Source of the DNA: Flavobacteriaceae bacterium UBA3078
GTDB lineage: Bacteria > Bacteroidota > Bacteroidia > Flavobacteriales > Flavobacteriaceae
Length of the DNA stretch: 34,792 nucleotides
Assembly: GCA_002366675.1 (NCBI GenBank)
Contig: DFBO01000003.1
Location: forward strand, 1 to 34,792
Reading direction: 5' to 3'
Shown: positions 28,810 to 34,792 of the stretch, piece by piece
How positions within the stretch are numbered: position 1 is the first letter of the stretch
Layout: every line of letters begins with the position of its first letter
The notes under the pieces: generated by a model
Seen by the model: the letters and a program-made list of their open reading frames with translations, nothing else
Told to the model about the DNA's origin: nothing
Databases searched by the model: none
Program-made: the position numbers and the translations under genes

Positions 28810-29060
28810 TGACAACTTATCCTTTAAAATTGATTACGTTTATTCTATTAATACTTTCTCTAGGCAGTATTCTTGCTGGTTATTTGTTAAAATTAGTTTA
28901 CTCTGAAAAATTAATTGGTTTTGGAGTTGTTGGTCTATTTATTTTTGTGTTTCCATTATTTTCATATTACAGATGGAAAGACAGGAATGTAAAAGATTAT
29001 ATGATAACAAAGGAAAGTTTAGAGAAAATGCGTGAGTATAAAGAAAAAAAAGACGATTAG
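28809..29060 (+). CDS. Hypothetical small two-TM membrane protein
   Basis: 83 aa, two hydrophobic helices, TAATG stop/start overlap with the ClC gene. Confidence 0.75.
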   Translation: MTTYPLKLITFILLILSLGSILAGYLLKLVYSEKLIGFGVVGLFIFVFPLFSYYRWKDRNVKDYMITKESLEKMREYKEKKDD

Positions 29061-29506
29061 TTCAAATTTCTTTTTTCAATAAAAAATCGTTTTAATAATT
29101 GTGAGGCTTCTTCAGCTAAAACACCACCTTCTATAATAGTTTTTGGATGTAATTTAGTCTGCATGGTTAAACAGCCTCTCTCTTCATCTCTAGCTCCATA
29201 AACAATCTTAGATATTTGACTCCAATATAACGCTCCAGCACACATTTGACATGGCTCTAAGGTCACATATAACGTGCAATCTTTTAAATACTTACCTCCT
29301 AAAAAAATTGCAGCTGCAGTAATAGCTTGCATTTCTGCATGAGCAGTTACATCGTTTAATAATTCTGTTAAATTATGTGCTCTAGAAATAATACGATTAT
29401 CTACAACTATAACAGCTCCAACAGGAATCTCTCCTTTTTCGAAAGCAAGTTCAGCTTCTTGAAGGGCTTTTTTCATAAAAAAGGTGTCGTCGAACATGTC
29501 TTCCAT
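29057..29506 (-). CDS. tadA: tRNA-specific adenosine deaminase (nucleoside deaminase)
   Basis: GEIPVGAV, TAHAE, YVTLEPCQMCAGA zinc motifs. Confidence 0.88.
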   Translation of the reverse strand: MEDMFDDTFFMKKALQEAELAFEKGEIPVGAVIVVDNRIISRAHNLTELLNDVTAHAEMQAITAAAIFLGGKYLKDCTLYVTLEPCQMCAGALYWSQISKIVYGARDEERGCLTMQTKLHPKTIIEGGVLAEEASQLLKRFFIEKRNLN

Positions 29507-29520
29507 AATTGTAAAAATAA

Positions 29521-29552
29521 AAAAAGGCAGCTAATAAACATAAGCTGCCTTT
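29521..29552 (-). terminator. Intrinsic terminator of the M36 protease gene
   Basis: AAAGGCAGCT (29523-32) / AGCTGCCTTT (29543-52) with a T run on the minus strand. Confidence 0.8.
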
Positions 29553-29573
29553 AAAATATGATAATAAAATCTA

Positions 29574-32201
29574 TTAGTTTTTAATAATCTTATGATTTGC
29601 ACTAAATGATTGTCCGTTAATATTTAATATATATATGCCAGACTGTAATCTATTAATGTCTAATTCTACTTCGTTAAATAACTCTACTTTCTTAGAAAGC
29701 ACTTGTCTTCCATTAATGTCAGTAAGAGTCATTGTTACTTCTCCATAATTTTTAGCAGTTTTAACAAACAAACTACCATTAGTTGGGTTTGGATATACTT
29801 TATAACTCCTTGAGTTAAACTCCTCAACACTTAAGCTAGTACAATTAGCCAACGAAGGATCGTTATCTGGTGGCGTAGTAAAATCTTCCACTTGGTCATT
29901 TCTACTAAAACCAAATCCTTGTGATGCGTTTAAACCCACACCTCTGTTAGCAAACACTTCCCAGATTAAACATTGTTCTTCTCCTCCGGTTATTGCCATG
30001 TCTGCAGCTAAAATCCCATCTCGACCAGCTACAAATCCTGGATTACAACCTTGTAATTTTAATCCATCTATAACTACTTGCATTACCATATTGTTTCCTC
30101 CAGTACCATTGTAAAGATCTTCATCGAATCCATATTTATCTACATAAGCCCATGTTAAATCCCAAATAACTGTTGCCCAAATAAAGCCCATTCCATGAGG
30201 AACAGCTACATTAGCAGAATCATTAGTATCATCATATGTATAATCGTTTATTGCAAAATCTGTACTATATGGAGCTAATCTTATTCCTAAACCAGTTGTT
30301 GTTTGACCTATAGCATAAGTACCAATACCTCTTCCGTCTTCTGGTTGATCCCCTGGCTTCATTGTTAACATTAACCCAAACCAATCAGACCATCCTTCAC
30401 CCATTTGTTCAGAGTTAGATAAACAGTTTACACTTGTTCCTCCAGTAAGTCTGTTTGAAATACCATGCCCAAATTCGTGAGCAATAATACCATTATCAAA
30501 ACCTCCATCTCTTTGGTAAGATACAGAACTAAGTAATGTAGCACTAATTGTGTCTCCAGCTAACAAAGCAGTTATTATAGCTTCACCATCAATATTATCA
30601 ACCATAACAACTGGAATTGTTACAGTTCCACCAACAGCTCCTCCACCCATTGCAATAGTTCCTCCTGGTACATTATTTACTATTATTACAGCTACTGCTC
30701 CATCATCTTGAGCAGCTTTAGATTTGAATCCAAATTCACAATCTCCACGACGAATGACTACAATTTTACCATCTAATTCAGACCCATTTGTAATTGGATT
30801 ACATGCATCGTTTGGATCATTAACATTATCAACAGTAATTGCTAAGTCAGCAGTAAGTGGTGTACTAGGTATGTTTGCACCAAAATTTCCCGGTTGGGCT
30901 ACATAGTCACCAGCTAAATCACCATTATTTAATGTAAGTGCATTTCCTGGTGGTTCAGACCATAAAAACATTTGCATTTGTGGATTTTGTCCATCTGGTG
31001 GTGTACCAAAATTAGCATTATTTAATCCTCCACCATCTTGACCTTGAGCATTAACATAATCACTTCCTAATCCACCATTTCCATAGTTATTTTCTTGAAA
31101 ATTCCCCGAAGCTTCATCAAAACCATATTGATACCAAATATCGTGCATCATGTTACTAACATAAAACATATTTGTTACTGAAACATCTTGATATCCTATT
31201 GGATTTTGATTTAAATCTAATGGGAAGTCAAAATTTAAAGTTGCTGTACCTTCTGGAGATAAACCAGGAGAATCGTTAGCATTTGTATCTTCGTAAGCAT
31301 AAACATTGTTCCCTCTAGTAATGGTGTATTCTGCACCAGCTGCTCCGTTTATATCATGCCATCCATAAGGAGAGGCATTATCATTTGCAGGATCACTTAA
31401 CAAGGTTCTCCCACCAAAACTAGGAGCTTCAACTGGAAGAGCAAATACATTATATTGTGAGCCATCTGCAACAAATGAATTAGTTTTAAATAAAGTAAAT
31501 TCTTCTTTTGAATTTGAATGACTATCATGATTCGAATGATTTCCATCACCAAAATTACAAGACACTATCCAATCGGTTGTATCAATAATTTGTCCCGAAA
31601 TAGCATCAACTCTTAAACTCCACCAATTCTTCCCATTTAATGTATGTATGCTTAAATCCCATGAAAGTTTTAATTCACCTTGTTCCGTAAAGAGATAAAC
31701 TAATTTAACTGGAATTTCTGTTCTTGATATATTTCCAGAACTATATAAAAACTCTTTATCATTACCAGAAATTAATTCTAGTCCTTGAATACTTCCTAAA
31801 TCTAATTGTGCAACCACATTCTCAATTGCTCGTTGTGCATTAATTTGTGGTATAGTAGTGTTAACTTTTTCAGTTATATTACTTATTAAGTTATTTGCAT
31901 AATAAAATATAGCATTGTCTCTAATTGCCACACTAGAAACAGCATTATATATTTCAATTCCTTGAAATCTTTGATTTACATATACATGATTAATTTTTGT
32001 ACTCTTAGAAAAATATTCTTTATTAACATATAAATCTTCAATGTCATTAGCTGTAAAACTAAATTTAGCTTGATTTTGAGTTAAATAAGTTTGAATAACA
32101 TTACCGTATTCTGAATTAACTAAAGTGTTTTGTGAAAACCCTAGTAAGCCAAAAAACATCAATCCTACCGCTATAAAACTGTGGAAGTAATTTTTTTTCA
32201 T
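29574..32201 (-). CDS. T9SS-secreted M36 (fungalysin) metallopeptidase with propeptide, inserted PA domain and type A CTD
   Basis: HEFGH..MGEGWSD zinc motif, YGFDEASGNFQ, PA domain RRGDCEFGFK, CTD VYPNP..GIYIL..HKIIKN. Confidence 0.93.
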   Translation of the reverse strand: MKKNYFHSFIAVGLMFFGLLGFSQNTLVNSEYGNVIQTYLTQNQAKFSFTANDIEDLYVNKEYFSKSTKINHVYVNQRFQGIEIYNAVSSVAIRDNAIFYYANNLISNITEKVNTTIPQINAQRAIENVVAQLDLGSIQGLELISGNDKEFLYSSGNISRTEIPVKLVYLFTEQGELKLSWDLSIHTLNGKNWWSLRVDAISGQIIDTTDWIVSCNFGDGNHSNHDSHSNSKEEFTLFKTNSFVADGSQYNVFALPVEAPSFGGRTLLSDPANDNASPYGWHDINGAAGAEYTITRGNNVYAYEDTNANDSPGLSPEGTATLNFDFPLDLNQNPIGYQDVSVTNMFYVSNMMHDIWYQYGFDEASGNFQENNYGNGGLGSDYVNAQGQDGGGLNNANFGTPPDGQNPQMQMFLWSEPPGNALTLNNGDLAGDYVAQPGNFGANIPSTPLTADLAITVDNVNDPNDACNPITNGSELDGKIVVIRRGDCEFGFKSKAAQDDGAVAVIIVNNVPGGTIAMGGGAVGGTVTIPVVMVDNIDGEAIITALLAGDTISATLLSSVSYQRDGGFDNGIIAHEFGHGISNRLTGGTSVNCLSNSEQMGEGWSDWFGLMLTMKPGDQPEDGRGIGTYAIGQTTTGLGIRLAPYSTDFAINDYTYDDTNDSANVAVPHGMGFIWATVIWDLTWAYVDKYGFDEDLYNGTGGNNMVMQVVIDGLKLQGCNPGFVAGRDGILAADMAITGGEEQCLIWEVFANRGVGLNASQGFGFSRNDQVEDFTTPPDNDPSLANCTSLSVEEFNSRSYKVYPNPTNGSLFVKTAKNYGEVTMTLTDINGRQVLSKKVELFNEVELDINRLQSGIYILNINGQSFSANHKIIKN

Positions 32202-32331
32202 TATATCTATCTTAAATTATTTATTGAATTCATCAAATATAGTCTCCCTATCTTTATAATAATTACAATTACTTAAAACATTAACAGATATATTACCAAT
32301 TTTAATAATTTTACTGAATATTTTTGCACGA

Positions 32332-34104
32332 ATGAGTATAGATGTTTTAACAACCATACATTCTCCGAATGAGTTAAGAGAATTGAATACTAATCAACTT
32401 CCTCAATTAGCTAAAGAGTTACGAAGGTTTATTATTAAAATTGTTGCTACAAAAGAAGGTCATTTAGGAGCTAGTTTAGGCGCAATAGAACTAACTATTG
32501 CATTGCATTACGTATTTAATACACCAAACGATTTGCTAATTTGGGATGTTGGTCATCAAGCTTATGGTCATAAAATTTTAACTGGAAGAAGAAATATTTT
32601 TGAAACCAATAGACAATTAAATGGTATTAGTGGGTTTCCAAAAAGAGATGAGAGCGAATTTGATACTTTTGGAGTAGGGCACTCATCTACGTCTATTTCA
32701 GCAGCATTAGGAATGGCAATTGCATCCCAATTAAAAGGAGATACAGATAAACAACATATTGCAGTTATAGGAGATGCATCCATAGCCAGTGGAATGGCTT
32801 TTGAAGGATTAAATCATGCTGGTGTAACCAATGCCAATTTACTGGTTATTTTAAATGATAATGCAATTGGAATAGATCCATCAGTTGGAGCTTTAAAGCA
32901 ATACTTAACCAATGTAAAAAAAGGAACTCAAAAACAAGATAATATTTTTGAAGCATTGAACTTTGATTATACTGGCCCTGTTGATGGTCATAATTTAACA
33001 GAGTTAATATTAGAATTAGAGAGATTAAAAACTGTAAAAGGTCCTAAATTTTTACATGTAATTACGAAAAAGGGGAAAGGATTAAAACAAGCAGAAGATA
33101 ATCAAGTTACTTATCATGCTCCAGGAAAATTTGATGCAAATACAGGTGAGTTAGAAACTAAAGCTAACATAGAACAACCTCCAAAATATCAAGATGTTTT
33201 TGGATTTACTATTGTAGAATTAGCGAGAAAGAATAAAAATATTATTGGGATAACTCCAGCAATGCCTACTGGAAGTTCTTTAAAATATATGATGGCAGAA
33301 ATTCCTAATCGTGCTTTCGATGTTGGCATTGCCGAACAGCATGCTGTTACACTTGCTGCAGGAATGGCTACTCAGGGATTAATTCCTTTCTGTAATATCT
33401 ACTCAACCTTTTTACAACGAGCATACGATCAAGTAATACACGATGTTGCCTTGCAAAGCCTGCCTGTTATTTTTTGCTTAGATAGAGCTGGATTAGTAGG
33501 ACAAGATGGAGCCACACATCATGGTGCTTTTGATTTGGCTTATTTACGTTGTGTACCTAACATCTTAATTTTTGCACCTAGAAATGAAATTGAACTTCGT
33601 AACATTATGTACACGTCTCAATTAGGAAAACTGAAACAGCCTATTGCTATTAGATATCCTAGAGGAAGAGGTGTTATCCTAGATTGGAAACAGCCATTTA
33701 AAGAGATTGTTATTGGAACTGGTATTCAATTAAAAAAAGGAAGCAAAATTGCCGTTTTAAGCCTTGGAACTATTTCAAAAAACTGTACTGAGGCTATCGA
33801 TTTATTAGACGAGTCTCAAACAGTTTCTCATTATGATATGCGATTTCTAAAACCTTTAGACAAAAAATTACTTCATACTATTTACTCTACATATCAAACC
33901 ATAATTACAGTTGAAAATGGCACTATAAAAGGTGGATTTGGGAGTGCTATCCTAGAATTTGCTTCACAGAACAACTATAAAAACACGTTTAAGTTACTTG
34001 GTGTTCCAGATGAATTTATAGAACACGGAACAACTGAAGAATTACTACAACAATGCCAATTAGACCAAAAAAGCATCTATCAAACTATACTAAAATTCTT
34101 ATAA
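32332..34104 (+). CDS. dxs: 1-deoxy-D-xylulose-5-phosphate synthase
   Basis: GHLGASLG, WDVGHQAYGHK, GDAS..ILNDN, DVGIAEQH, YSTFLQRAYDQ, DRAG..DGATHHG, IRYPRG. Confidence 0.96.
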   Translation: MSIDVLTTIHSPNELRELNTNQLPQLAKELRRFIIKIVATKEGHLGASLGAIELTIALHYVFNTPNDLLIWDVGHQAYGHKILTGRRNIFETNRQLNGISGFPKRDESEFDTFGVGHSSTSISAALGMAIASQLKGDTDKQHIAVIGDASIASGMAFEGLNHAGVTNANLLVILNDNAIGIDPSVGALKQYLTNVKKGTQKQDNIFEALNFDYTGPVDGHNLTELILELERLKTVKGPKFLHVITKKGKGLKQAEDNQVTYHAPGKFDANTGELETKANIEQPPKYQDVFGFTIVELARKNKNIIGITPAMPTGSSLKYMMAEIPNRAFDVGIAEQHAVTLAAGMATQGLIPFCNIYSTFLQRAYDQVIHDVALQSLPVIFCLDRAGLVGQDGATHHGAFDLAYLRCVPNILIFAPRNEIELRNIMYTSQLGKLKQPIAIRYPRGRGVILDWKQPFKEIVIGTGIQLKKGSKIAVLSLGTISKNCTEAIDLLDESQTVSHYDMRFLKPLDKKLLHTIYSTYQTIITVENGTIKGGFGSAILEFASQNNYKNTFKLLGVPDEFIEHGTTEELLQQCQLDQKSIYQTILKFL

Positions 34105-34122
34105 AACATTAACAATTAAAAC

Positions 34123-34156
34123 AAAAAAAGAGGCAATTTTCATCGCCTCTTTTTTT
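34123..34156. terminator. Bidirectional intrinsic terminator
   Basis: AAAAAAAGAGGC / GCCTCTTTTTTT between convergent genes. Confidence 0.88.
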
Positions 34157-34174
34157 ATATAAAAATAATATTGT

Positions 34175-34792
34175 TTACTTAATTATAAACTTTTTAGTTT
34201 CAGCAAAATTTCCTTGAGAAAATTTAGCTAAATATAAGCCAGAACTCAAATCTAAAGATAATTGTTTCTTGCTATTTGAACTCATATCTAAAGCAGAACT
34301 ATAAACTAACTGTCCACTTAAATTGTAAACGGCTAAATTAAGTTTTCCAAGATTAGATTTAGATGAAATAGTAATCTCTCCATTAGAAACAGTTGGATAT
34401 AATGTTAAGTCTGAAGCTAACGTATTTTCTTCAACACTTAAGAAATCTGGAGTAAACATACCAGAGAAAATTCCTCTACCATGAGTTGCAGCAAATACCA
34501 TATTATCGTCTCTAAGGTCTAAATCTAGAACTTTAACGTTACTCATCCCGTTATAAGCCTGTCTCCAATTTGGGTTTGCAGAAGAAAAGTTTTCTGTAAA
34601 CCAAACACCTAATTCAGTACCAATAATTACTTGCTCAGTATTTAATGGATTTTGTAATATTGCTTTTACTGGTAAATCTGGTAAATCACCATCTTTAGCT
34701 TCCCAGTTTGACCCACCATCACTTGTGTACCAAACGTTATTAACACCGTAGTTATGAACGGTTACAAATATATCATCTTCAGATTCTCCAAA
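34175..34792 (-). CDS. T9SS type A CTD protein with BNR/Asp-box beta-propeller (5'-truncated by the window edge)
   Basis: Frame is open to the window end: FGESEDDIFVTVHNYGVNNVWYTSDGGSNW..LPDLPV..IGTELGVW..AATHGRG; CTD LYPTV..GLYL..KKFIIK. Confidence 0.85.
   Translation of the reverse strand, partial: FGESEDDIFVTVHNYGVNNVWYTSDGGSNWEAKDGDLPDLPVKAILQNPLNTEQVIIGTELGVWFTENFSSANPNWRQAYNGMSNVKVLDLDLRDDNMVFAATHGRGIFSGMFTPDFLSVEENTLASDLTLYPTVSNGEITISSKSNLGKLNLAVYNLSGQLVYSSALDMSSNSKKQLSLDLSSGLYLAKFSQGNFAETKKFIIK

Noticed and set aside
29057-29506. Deaminase, TatD and TPR genes as an anti-phage defence system
   Set aside because: They are dispersed housekeeping-type genes with canonical motifs in core-gene context, not a clustered island

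Overview
AT-rich, gene-dense core-genome segment of a Flavobacteriaceae-like (Bacteroidota) chromosome. The lineage is inferred from TAnnTTTG promoter boxes, T9SS C-terminal domains and the gene set. Contents in order: exbB-membrane protein-exbD-exbD cluster, tRNA-Ser(GGA), tatD-asparaginase, a retropepsin-like protease, an orphan NarL/LuxR response regulator, sucA-[M23 peptidase]-sucB, a polyprenyl synthase, a TetR-TolC-MFP-RND efflux operon, an eroded PLP aminotransferase pseudogene missed by the ORF track, a TonB-dependent receptor, aspS, a TPR lipoprotein pair, a non-canonical ClC, tadA, a T9SS M36 protease, dxs and a partial T9SS Asp-box protein. I saw no transposase, integrase or CRISPR array. 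The most unusual element lies at 5690-6112, right behind the response regulator. It has two paralogous non-coding units 149 bp apart, each with a perfect AATACGTAA-AG-TTACGTATT palindrome, a Bacteroidota-type promoter, a shared GCTATTAAT start and a terminator hairpin. A 33-aa single-TM ORF follows. This looks like a regulator-controlled twin-sRNA module, which is an inference that needs RNA data.
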